DNA of 32,000 nt from an uncultured Actinomycetota bacterium (GTDB lineage Bacteria > Actinomycetota > Thermoleophilia > Solirubrobacterales > Solirubrobacteraceae), in the NCBI GenBank assembly GCA_963706725.1, contig OY970167.1, positions 1,269,965 to 1,301,964 on the forward strand, written 5' to 3'. The notes beneath the pieces were generated by a model. It did no database searches, had not been told where the DNA came from, and was given only the letters and a program-made list of their open reading frames with translations. Each line of letters starts with the position of its first letter. The stretch's first letter is position 1. Shown here piece after piece: positions 1-7,465 of the stretch. The translations under genes were made by a program, and so were the position numbers.

Positions 1-533
1 ACGGCGTTGGCGAACACTCGCGCTCCGAGCGACGATTCGGTTACGCCGGGACCGAAGAAGTCCGAAGCGCGAGCGATCGCGTATCGAATGCGCCCGCCCG
101 TCGCGGCATCCAGGAGTTCCTGGGTCATCAGTGCCCGGGTGCGGCCCTTGACGGTGGTGGCGGCGAGTGGCAGATCCTCGGTCATCGGCGCCGTCACCGG
201 ACCGTAGCCGTAGAGGTTCTCAAGGCTCACGAGCAGGGCATCGGTGCGCTCCGCGGCGTCGATGACGCCGCGCTGGAGCGGCGGGAAGCTGGCTTGCCAA
301 TCCGTGTATGGCGCGTTTAGGCACTGATAGATCACCGACGCGCCAACGGCGGCGGCTGCGGCGGCCCCAGGCGCGGTGGCGTCGGCCGCGCGCCATTGGA
401 TCTTTGCGTCGAGGGCGTCAGGACGGGTTCGTGAGACGACCCGCACGGCCAGGCCACGCTCGGCCAGCTGCGTGGCGAGAGTCCGTCCGACCTGCCCGGC
501 GCCGAACACCACATGGAGTTCACGGTCATGCAT
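1..533 (-). CDS. NAD(P)-binding Rossmann-fold protein (NmrA/SDR-type epimerase-like). Only the N-terminal ~177 aa are present; the C-terminus lies beyond the window start.
   Basis: Hand translation of the minus strand from the ATG at 533 gives MHDRELHVVFGAGQVGRTLATQLAERGLAVRVVSRTRPDALDAKIQW..., which contains a GxGxxG dinucleotide-binding motif. AAGGAG lies ~8 nt upstream. The frame stays open to position 1, so it is absent from the ORF track because it has no stop in the window. Confidence 0.75.
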   Translation of the reverse strand, partial: MHDRELHVVFGAGQVGRTLATQLAERGLAVRVVSRTRPDALDAKIQWRAADATAPGAAAAAAVGASVIYQCLNAPYTDWQASFPPLQRGVIDAAERTDALLVSLENLYGYGPVTAPMTEDLPLAATTVKGRTRALMTQELLDAATGGRIRYAIARASDFFGPGVTESSLGARVFANA

Positions 534-585
534 TGCTGTAGCTCCTTCGGAGGTTGTGTTGACTGCGATCGCGGAGGGGCGCGAC

Positions 586-1185
586 TTACGCGGCTGAGAG
601 GTCGCGAAAGCCGGCCAGGGCGGTGGCGAGCAGGAGCACGCCGGCGCTCAGGCCGGTAGTGGCCACAAGCGCCTTCCCTGACATCGCTGCGACGAGGATC
701 AGCGGGCCGATGGTGAGCGCCCAGCCGACCGGCCGGTAGCGGGGGATCCGGACGCGGTGGTCGAGCCAGAGCAGCAGGGGCCCGACCGTGACCGCGATCG
801 CGGGCAGCGTCCAGTCGGCATGACCCGCCCGGCTCACGACCAGCGGCAGGACGATGGCCGCAGCGAACTCGACCGCGGTCGCGATCGTGATCTGGATCTC
901 AATCCTCTTGTCCTGCCGGGTGGCCGACGGACGCGGAGCTGTACCAGCGGCGGTCTGGCGTGCGTAGGTGAACAGGCCGACCAGGAAGAGCGCAGAGACG
1001 GCGAGCAACGCGACCCCGACAACTCCGCCGAGCGCGGTGCTGCCTCGTGCGACCCAGAAACCGCCAAAGCCGCATTGCGTCAGTCCGCCGACCCAGAGCA
1101 CTCGCCGCGCCCACGGCACGGGGACGTCGCCGGCTCCCAGCCCGGCACGACCGTTCATAACTGAATCCCCGGCAACAGCATTCAT
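586..1185 (-). CDS. Hypothetical multi-pass membrane protein
   Basis: The 199-aa ORF has several long hydrophobic segments (LLAVSALFLVGLF, AAAIVLPLVV, GPLILVAAM, VLLLATALAG). It sits directly upstream of, and on the same strand as, the NAD(P)-binding gene. No recognisable motif was seen, and an internal start at 1158 is possible. Confidence 0.55.
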   Translation of the reverse strand: MNAVAGDSVMNGRAGLGAGDVPVPWARRVLWVGGLTQCGFGGFWVARGSTALGGVVGVALLAVSALFLVGLFTYARQTAAGTAPRPSATRQDKRIEIQITIATAVEFAAAIVLPLVVSRAGHADWTLPAIAVTVGPLLLWLDHRVRIPRYRPVGWALTIGPLILVAAMSGKALVATTGLSAGVLLLATALAGFRDLSAA

Positions 1186-1425
1186 GGCGGTCCCTTCGAT
1201 AGGCGGTTTGGTTGGTACCGCGGCAGCTGGTGACCGAAGTCAGCAGACCCAAGCGATGAACGAATACTCGCTCCAACCGGGCGTGGCGCCCAGGTCCGAT
1301 ACCCCACCGATCCCGCCAACACCGCGTCGGGCCGCGGTCGCTGACCGAGCCGCCCCCCGATGAACCCTTCGTGGCCGGAAGCGTGGGCTGTTGGACCTTG
1401 GCTGCCACCTCCCGGTCACGTCAAG

Positions 1426-2870
1426 ATGTGCCCATGCACGACTCGTCACATCCTTGTGCTGGCGCTCGACGGGTGCCAGTCACTCGATGTCCTCGGCCCG
1501 ATTGAGGTCTTCGACCACGCGCAGATCGAGGTTCCCGGTGCTTATCGCGTCGAGCTGATCGCACCGACGGACAAGGACACGGTCACGATGAGCAGCGGAA
1601 TACGGCTCGGTGTCGCACCGCTGCCCGAGCCTCCTCCGCGCCACGACACGCTCGTCATCGCCGGTGGCGCCGGAGCACGGGAGGGAATCACCGACGAGAC
1701 GCTGTGGATTGGATCGCGCGAGCATCGCGACGAGCGCGGCGGACCGTGTCGATCTGCACCGGCGCTTACCTGCTCGCGGCTGCCGGGGTCCTGGACAGTC
1801 GTCGCGCGACCACGCACTGGGAGTACTGCGACAGCCTGGCCGCGACCTACGGCAACGTTCAGGTGGAGAGCGATCCGGTGTTCATCCGTGACGGGGATGT
1901 GTGGACCTCCGCGGGGATCACCGCCGGGATCGACCTCACCCTCGCGCTCGTCGAGGACGACCTCGGCCCCGATGTCACACTCGCCGTCGCACGGCAGCTC
2001 GTCGTGTTCCTAAAGCGCCCCGGCGGGCAGTCGCAGTTCAGCAGCGCTCTCTCTGCCCAGCAGGCCGCGCGACCGGAACTGCGGGAGCTTCAGGCGAGGA
2101 TTGTCGGCCACCTCGACGAACACCTGTCTGTGGGCGCGCTCGCGGACCGCGCGATCATGAGCGAGCGCTCATTCGCCCGTGCGTTCAGACGTGAGGTGGG
2201 ACAGACGCCCGCGGCCTATGTCGAAGCGCTGCGGATCGAGCACGCACGCGCCCTGCTCGAAACCGGCGCACCGTCACTGAACGGCGTGGCCCGGTCCGCA
2301 GGGTTCGCAAGCGCCGAGGTCCTGCGTCGCGCATTCCACAGGCACATCGGCGTTTCTCCCGCCGATTACCGCGAACGCTTCGGGCCGGCCACCAGCCCGT
2401 ACAAGCTATTGGCCAGGCGTCCCGCTCTCCCCAGGCGCAATTCACTATCCGTCTCGCCGTCGAAGCTGCTAGATCGATGCGATTGCCTTGGCGACGATTC
2501 ATCCCGCTTCAGATGCCCGGATTTGACAAGGAGGAGGGACTTGCCTATCCAGTCAACTCTCGCGTTCAGCGCGGCGCACAATCGCAGGCGTGTGTCGGGT
2601 GGCGTTGCGGTCTTGGGGCGGCCAGCCGGCCGACCAAGAGCGGGACGACGCGGGCCAGGGCAGGGACAGGCCCAGCACGGACCTGGAAGCACCGTTCGAC
2701 TCATCTTCTGTGGATCGCGAATTCCGGTTAGTTGTCCGGTGACGCGACCTGGTGTCGCGCGTGCCCCAGCAATCGTGAGCTCGGAGATGGACTGCTTGTC
2801 AATCAACTCCGTTGCCGTGTTGTCCGGGCCAGGCCCATGGGATCCTGGAGTTGTGAGCAGGGAGTCTTGA
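1426..2870 (+). pseudogene. GlxA-family transcriptional regulator (DJ-1/PfpI domain plus AraC-type HTH), split by a 1-nt frameshift near 1700-1705. Recognisable homology ends near 2395.
   Basis: Frame 1 reads MCPCTTRHILVLALDGCQSLDVLGPIEVF...DTLVIAGGAGAREGITDETL. Frame 0 continues (V)DWIARASRRARRTVSICTGAYLLAAAGVLDSRRATTHW...SERSFARAFRREVGQTPAAYVEALRIEHARALL...FHRHIGVSPADYRERF. The junction gagacgctgtggattgg would be in frame if it read ctgGtggat. The ~150 codons after YRERFGPA are low-complexity and look non-native. Confidence 0.8.
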
Positions 2871-3050
2871 CATCCTCTAGCGGCCGTGTCGAGCTTTTCG
2901 TGTCGCCGGTTTCTTTGGTGTAGCGTGCAACGTAATGCTGTCGACGCGCCCGCACTGCGCCGACGGGTCAGCTAAGTGTTTAGTTGACCAGAGTCTCGCG
3001 CTCGTTGGATGCGCCAGGCAGATTGTCGCGAACGCTCGTAAGCGTGTCGC

Positions 3051-5204
3051 ATGAGCTTGGTGCTTCGTGTGGCGACGCGAGTCGCTGGAGTTCTACTGCT
3101 CAGTTTGGGTGCGAGTTACAGCACCGTGAGTCGGCGTTCCTGGCTCGTCGCTGCCGCGCTCGCCGTGACTCTCCCCAACGTTTGCGCGCCGCCGGCGGTT
3201 GCTAGTTCATCGGTCGCGCATGTACGGCGCCACACTCGCTCTCAGACAGCGTCTCAGTCTGGCCGAGTGGCAGTCGAGGTCGTGACTCCAGCCGGTATTC
3301 CTGTAGACGTGTCGCTAAGTAACAAAGGATATGTGCGGGTCTTGACGAAACCGCCGAAGGCTCGCTCAGCGATATTCGAAGCGCGAGTTCCTGATGGCAG
3401 CGTCCGGATTGACGCCCCTACAGTCGTGTTTGGAGGGTCGCTCTTCGCACCTGAGGGCCACACAACTGTGGTTGTGGTCCGCGCAGGTCAGACAGTGCCG
3501 TTGGTTCTCCGTTACCGCGAGGTGACGATTGCTGACGCATTGAGGGCGACGATCGTCTCTACGGACGCGATTACACTGGCCTGGTCGGCACCCAAGGGGT
3601 CGGAAGTGGAGTTGCGTCGTATGCGCGGCGGCTCAGCACCGCAAACGGTTGAGGCTGGCACGGCTGTTCGGGTCGGGAACGGTTCTGCGGTCGACGCCGG
3701 ACTCGCTCCAGGCAGAGAATACAGCTATGCGCTCTTCACCAGACGGAAAGGGCAGTGGGCGGGACCCGTGACTCTCACCGCCGGGACCGCGTCCAAGCCG
3801 GGCGCGGCCGTCGCGGTCGCCGCCTACGCCACGCCGGCCTCGACCGTCATTGTGCATGCGGGTGGGCAGTTCGTGCCGCACCTGATCGATGGCATCGTCA
3901 CCGTTACGCTGCCCTCAGGCCAGCCAACCCCGGTTCTAGGGACCGGGTTTGTGCTGCCGATCTCGACGACGCTGAGCGGCGGGTTCCTCGGGACCGTCAC
4001 ATCGATTTCAGCCAACGGCCGGGCCGTGACTCTCACTCCGGCCGGCCTTGCAGATGTATTCACTCAGTATGACTTGAACGTCACCTTGCCTAAGTCAGAT
4101 CCCCAGCTGGCTGTCCCAAACAGCGAGATCAGCAATGGTCGGTCCGGTCGCGCCAGCTCGCGGAGCAGAGGCTGCAGTCGAAAAGGCGACGGCGGGAGTA
4201 AGTTCGATCTCAACCCGTCATTGAGCTTCGGCGGCTCAAAGCTCGCCGTCTCGCTCCTGACCAAGCGCAAGGGCGGCATTCCCAAGGGCGCAAAGTTCTC
4301 ATTCAACGCAAGCGCAAAGCTTTCGATCGCCCCTGTTATCAGCACCGAATCCACGTCCGCCATCAAATGCCACCTCCCGTTTCGGAAGATGATCTGGAAC
4401 CTGCCCACCCACCCGGTTCCGATGAGCATGGTTTTCGCTCCCGGCGCGCAGATCGACATCGACGGCAAAGCAGGCATCGACGGCGTAGATGCCAGCATGA
4501 CCCTCAAATTCGGCGCGGACGGGACGTTCGGCTCCAGTAACAGCTTCAAGGCACAGCGTCCTAGCGTCTCCGCGGCAGTGGATCGCAGCTTGGCGGCAAA
4601 TTCTGCGGGAACGATCTCGGCAACTCTCGGCGGCGAGTTCACGGTCGGTCCTGGGGCTGGAACCCACGCGGCCGGTGTGATCGCCGGGGTGTCAGGCCAG
4701 CTCAAGCCCGTCATCGCCGATTTCGGCATCACCGCGGCAACTAGCGGCTCCGGTGCGTGTCTCGCCACCAGGCTCGGCGGCGAAGCAAGTCTGCGTCTCA
4801 TTGCCAAAGCCTGGCTCGGCCGCTTCAGCAGGTCTAGGAGCTTCCGACTCCACACCGAGCCCTGGGACTACACACACACCACCTATCTCTATCTCCCCGC
4901 AGGATGCGAGAACGAGGGTGACTCGAGCGGAACCGGTGGACGTGGCGGGACCGGAAGACGTTCACGAAGCTCAGGTCCGGACCCTGGCGCGGAGCTCAAG
5001 CAGGTGCGCCGGCGGGATCCACGAGTCCGGGATCCGCCCGATCAACAACAGCTCGCGCAGATGCCGGGCATCAGCGAAATCGGTCTTCGCTCGCTGCTTC
5101 TTGCCACGCAGCGCGCTGGCCCCGGCCGACTCCGCCAAATGCACCTCCGCGCCGACACGCTCGAGCTCATCGACGATGAACCGCCAGCCCGTGGTGGCCT
5201 CTAA
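3051..5204 (+). CDS. Large secreted protein of unknown function. It has a signal peptide, an Ig-like domain, an FN3-like domain and a beta-rich C-terminal region. The 3' end of the ORF runs into antisense IS110 remnant sequence.
   Basis: The N-terminus has an SRRSWLVAAALAVTLPNVCAPPAVASS signal (Tat-like SRRxWL). An alternative in-frame GTG start lies at 3126. ITLAWSAPKGSEVELRR...AGLAPGREYSYALF is an FN3-like signature. GC is lower than in the flanks. From ~4971 onward the ORF is antisense to a transposase fragment, so the last ~75 codons are probably not native. Confidence 0.65.
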   Translation: MSLVLRVATRVAGVLLLSLGASYSTVSRRSWLVAAALAVTLPNVCAPPAVASSSVAHVRRHTRSQTASQSGRVAVEVVTPAGIPVDVSLSNKGYVRVLTKPPKARSAIFEARVPDGSVRIDAPTVVFGGSLFAPEGHTTVVVVRAGQTVPLVLRYREVTIADALRATIVSTDAITLAWSAPKGSEVELRRMRGGSAPQTVEAGTAVRVGNGSAVDAGLAPGREYSYALFTRRKGQWAGPVTLTAGTASKPGAAVAVAAYATPASTVIVHAGGQFVPHLIDGIVTVTLPSGQPTPVLGTGFVLPISTTLSGGFLGTVTSISANGRAVTLTPAGLADVFTQYDLNVTLPKSDPQLAVPNSEISNGRSGRASSRSRGCSRKGDGGSKFDLNPSLSFGGSKLAVSLLTKRKGGIPKGAKFSFNASAKLSIAPVISTESTSAIKCHLPFRKMIWNLPTHPVPMSMVFAPGAQIDIDGKAGIDGVDASMTLKFGADGTFGSSNSFKAQRPSVSAAVDRSLAANSAGTISATLGGEFTVGPGAGTHAAGVIAGVSGQLKPVIADFGITAATSGSGACLATRLGGEASLRLIAKAWLGRFSRSRSFRLHTEPWDYTHTTYLYLPAGCENEGDSSGTGGRGGTGRRSRSSGPDPGAELKQVRRRDPRVRDPPDQQQLAQMPGISEIGLRSLLLATQRAGPGRLRQMHLRADTLELIDDEPPARGGL

Positions 5205-5365
5205 CGCGACCTCAAGACCACTGTCTGCAAACGGCTCAAGGAACTCCCTGACAGCGGTCCGGTCTGCCGGCGCGACCGACTGCGCGCGGTCTCACCGGTC
5301 ATCGTGTCGATCCACTCCGCCGCGATCTGCGCGCGGTGCTGATCAAGGCCCATCACACACGCCAT
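4971..5365 (-). mobile_element. IS110-family (DEDD) transposase, N-terminal fragment only, with an internal frameshift near 5275-5290 and truncation at ~4971
   Basis: Hand translation of the minus strand from the ATG at 5365 gives MACVMGLDQHRAQIAAEWIDTMTGETAR. After a frame change it continues ..VAPADRTAVREFLEPFADSGLEVALEATTGWRFIVDELERVGAEVHLAESAGASALRGKKQRAKTDFADARHLRELLLIGRIPDSWIPPAHLLELRARVRT*. This is the typical IS110 N-terminal pattern (MGLDxH...LEATGxxW...KTDxxDA). GAGGAGG lies upstream of the ATG. Confidence 0.8.
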
Positions 5366-5619
5366 GACGTCACCTCCTCAGAGGCGCTCGGCTCTCGCTC
5401 GTCCAGCGGGCAGCACATCGCCTACCGTGACTCGCGGTCGGTGCCTCCGCTTCGATTGGCCGGCCGCGCGGCCGCAATCCGCGCGCGCCTACAACGCCGT
5501 TCGACGCGGAGGACCGGCCACCTTCACCACCAGATCACGCCAACCGGGACATGACATCTTTCACCTGCCTGCACGTCTAGCCGATCGCGAGTGCATCGGC
5601 GACAGATCGTCTTCGGGCG

Positions 5620-5928
5620 TCAGCAGCCTGTGGAGTCACGCATCGTTCGGCACGCCTGGGCCATGCGACGCGACGACAACTGGACGACCTGACGGCGGAA
5701 AGTGGATCGGGGGAGGGTGTGGACGTTGTCGAAGTTCACGACGCAATCGCTGGGCACGCCGTCTTCCGCCGCCGTAAGCACGAGCTCGCTGACGAGCCCA
5801 CGTCTCGTTCTGGTCAGTGCCGCGACGACCACACTGCCGATGCGGTCGGCGACCGGATCGCGGGTAAGCACGAGCACCGGCCGATCCCCACCCGGTGTAG
5901 CGGCGAACCAGATCTCACCTCGCTGCAT
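5620..5928 (-). CDS. mazF: MazF/PemK-family type II toxin (mRNA interferase)
   Basis: MQRGEIWFAATPGGDRPVLVLTRDPVADRIGSVVVAALTRTRRGLVSELVLTAAEDGVPSDCVVNFDNVHTLPRSTF matches the MazF/PemK pattern. The ATG at 5928 overlaps the upstream antitoxin gene by 14 nt. Confidence 0.85.
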   Translation of the reverse strand: MQRGEIWFAATPGGDRPVLVLTRDPVADRIGSVVVAALTRTRRGLVSELVLTAAEDGVPSDCVVNFDNVHTLPRSTFRRQVVQLSSRRMAQACRTMRDSTGC

Positions 5929-6166
5929 CGTCCCAATCCGACCAGTCCTCGGCTGGTCCCCAATCAGCAATCGACTCCAGCGACCGTTCCGTCTCCGTAG
6001 CCGGCAGTTGCTGCCAACGCTCGGCGTCGGCTTCGCCGCTCAGAACCACGAGGTGGCGGTGAAGCGCGTCACGCAGAATCTCGGAGCGGTCAACGCCCAG
6101 TGCGTCGGCCCAATGCTGAACGGCGTCGGCCTCATCATCCGGGACACGAAAACTAAGCATCGTCAT
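5915..6166 (-). CDS. Ribbon-helix-helix (CopG/MazE-like) antitoxin
   Basis: MTMLSFRVPDDEADAVQHWADALGVDRSEILRDALHRHL is an RHH N-terminus, followed by an acidic Trp-rich tail (DWGPAEDWSDWDD). It is 83 aa, lies immediately upstream of mazF and overlaps it. The longer 249-aa ORF in the track is an upstream extension with no support. Confidence 0.8.
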   Translation of the reverse strand: MTMLSFRVPDDEADAVQHWADALGVDRSEILRDALHRHLVVLSGEADAERWQQLPATETERSLESIADWGPAEDWSDWDDAAR

Positions 6167-6189
6167 ACAGACAATCGTACAGCGTATGA
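6163..6189. promoter_or_regulatory. Inverted repeat TCATAC-N15-GTATGA spanning the divergent start codons of the antitoxin gene and the NERD ORF (candidate operator)
   Basis: TCATAC lies at 6163-6168 and GTATGA at 6184-6189, and the two are exact reverse complements. The arms contain the antitoxin ATG (cat at 6164-6166) and the ATG at 6186. Confidence 0.3.
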
Positions 6190-7112
6190 CAAGCGCCACG
6201 GCACGAGCGCTGCCAGGGTCCGGGCGTCCGAACTCACGCGATCGGATTGGCGGCGACATCACGGCTGCGTTTGCAGCGCGACGACACGGACTTGAGCACT
6301 TGGCAACGGCGACCGAAGTAGTGGTTGTGAGTAGTACCACCCATGATCGGGGCTCTGCCGGCGGGTTTGCGCGCGAGCGCTTCCTGGCTCGACGCCGAGC
6401 GTGGCGTCGGCGCGTGTGGTGGGTCATCGTTCCCACCGGGCTACTACCGGTTGCGGTTGAGGCGCCTGTTGCGCTGCTCATCAACAGGGATTTGGGCTTC
6501 ATTTTTGGGTTTGGGTTGGGCGCCGGGATGGCGACTGTTCTGATCCTGTTTGATTCGCCGCCCGCTCGCGTCGAGAACTGGCGAACCGGGGCTGAAGGCG
6601 AGAAGGCAACCGCCAGGGCATTACGTCCGCTGCTGCGCAATGGCTGGGTGCTTTTCAACGACATCGATACTGGTCACGGAAACATCGATCACGTTCTGGT
6701 CGGCCCGCCCGGGGTGTTCCTACTTAAGTCAAAGCGGTTAGCTGGCAAAGTTAGAGTTAGCGCCGGGACGCTGATCGTCAGATGGCATGAGGATCCTGAG
6801 GACGGTTATGAGAACGACTCGATCTCGGCGCGGGCAAAGGGGACGGCCTTTCAACTGCGTAACCGGATCAGCGGACCAGGGTCAGGGGCGTGGGTTCAAC
6901 CCGTGGTGGTCTTGTGGGCTGATTTCGACCAAGGATCCGTGGAACAGGAGAAGGTGGGGTGGGTTCGCGGCGACATGCTCGCGGACGTCATGACTAAGCG
7001 GCCAGCCAAGTACAGCGGCGCACACCTGGAAGAGCTTGTCGCCCAAACGCGAGCGGCGGTTCATTCGATGAGAGCATCCGCACGTCACGACACGCCGTCA
7101 AGCACGACCTGA
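6186..7112 (+). CDS. NERD (nuclease-related domain) protein with an N-terminal transmembrane region; the start is uncertain
   Basis: WRTGAEGEKATARALRPLLRNGWVLFNDIDTGHGNIDHVLVGPPGVFLLKSKRLAGKV matches the NERD pattern (GE...GW...GNIDHVxxGPxGVF..K). It is preceded by hydrophobic segments (WWVIVPTGLLPVAVEAPVALLI, FIFGFGLGAGMATVLILF). An alternative in-frame GTG start lies at 6321. Confidence 0.75.
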   Translation: MTSATARALPGSGRPNSRDRIGGDITAAFAARRHGLEHLATATEVVVVSSTTHDRGSAGGFARERFLARRRAWRRRVWWVIVPTGLLPVAVEAPVALLINRDLGFIFGFGLGAGMATVLILFDSPPARVENWRTGAEGEKATARALRPLLRNGWVLFNDIDTGHGNIDHVLVGPPGVFLLKSKRLAGKVRVSAGTLIVRWHEDPEDGYENDSISARAKGTAFQLRNRISGPGSGAWVQPVVVLWADFDQGSVEQEKVGWVRGDMLADVMTKRPAKYSGAHLEELVAQTRAAVHSMRASARHDTPSSTT

Positions 7113-7124
7113 TTCTGGTGCGCG

Positions 7125-7165
7125 GCATAGCCGACCAACCCGAAGGGCGCTGGTTCGAATCCCGC
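7125..7165 (+). other. tRNA-like 3' fragment (T-arm plus acceptor 3' strand, tRNA-Ser-like), a probable att-site or tRNA remnant
   Basis: The sequence is cgaagggcgctGGTTCGAATCCcgccccctccgcta. It has a GGTTCGAATCC T-loop motif, an imperfect T-stem (GCTGG/CCCGC) and an acceptor-like CCCCTCCG followed by CTA instead of CCA. No matching 5' acceptor strand (GGAGGGG), D-arm or anticodon arm lies upstream. Confidence 0.5.
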
Positions 7166-7199
7166 CCCCTCCGCTATTTTATGAGTCGCGGCATGTGTC

Positions 7200-7463
7200 T
7201 CATTTCGAAGAGCTCGGCCAGCGGCCGGGCTCTTTGTGTTGGTTGCGCCAGTAGGTCTTGTTGGGTTCGATGAGGTGGGTTGAGAGGACCTCGCCGGTGT
7301 GCAGCTCGATGACGGTGATGTGGGTGTCGTCGGCGAGCGCGAGGACGCCTTTGCCGGTGTGGTCGCGTCCGATGCCGAGGTGGTGCATCCGTCCGCCGTG
7401 GCGGATGGTCAAGCCTCTGCGTCCCCTGGGCACGTTGAGGCATCTTGTGCGTAGGTGGTGCAT
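7200..7463 (-). pseudogene. C-terminal remnant of an integrase-type (rve; IS481/IS3-like) transposase
   Basis: LTIRHGGRMHHLGIGRDHTGKGVLALADDTHITVIELHTGEVLSTHLIEPNKTYWRNQ resembles the C-terminal beta-barrel tail of actinobacterial IS481-type transposases. No catalytic core is present. The fragment is cut off exactly at the stop codon of the histidine kinase gene (7466). Confidence 0.6.
7210..7240 (+). terminator. Possible intrinsic terminator downstream of the NERD gene
   Basis: GAGCTCGGCC-agc-GGCCGGGCTC forms a stem with 9 of 10 pairs, followed by TTTGTGTT. It lies inside the transposase remnant, so it may be fortuitous. Confidence 0.3.
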
Positions 7464-7465
7464 CC

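Noticed and set aside
2396-2870. The C-terminal ~150 codons of the 1704-2870 ORF, and the opposing 2366-2806 ORF.
   Set aside because: The AraC-type domain ends at ...ADYRERF (~2390). The remainder (SPYKLLARRPALPRRNSLSV...) and the antisense ORF are junk-like, with lower GC. They were interpreted as read-through into foreign or non-coding DNA rather than as protein domains.
4064-4855. Long antisense or alternative-frame ORFs throughout the window. Examples: 4064-4855(-), 10715-11566(-), 12744-13571(-), 13516-14205(-), 17562-18530(+), 22354-23211(-) and 26018-26902(+).
   Set aside because: These are typical shadow ORFs of high-GC DNA. Their Arg/Pro/Ala-rich, low-complexity translations have no motifs. 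Each lies opposite a gene with clear family signatures and correct codon-position GC bias.
7085-7168. A complete tRNA gene at ~7.1 kb.
   Set aside because: Only the T-loop and the 3' acceptor strand are present. No complementary 5' acceptor strand (GGAGGGG), D-arm or anticodon stem-loop could be folded, and the T-stem has a mismatch. It was called a fragment, not a gene.
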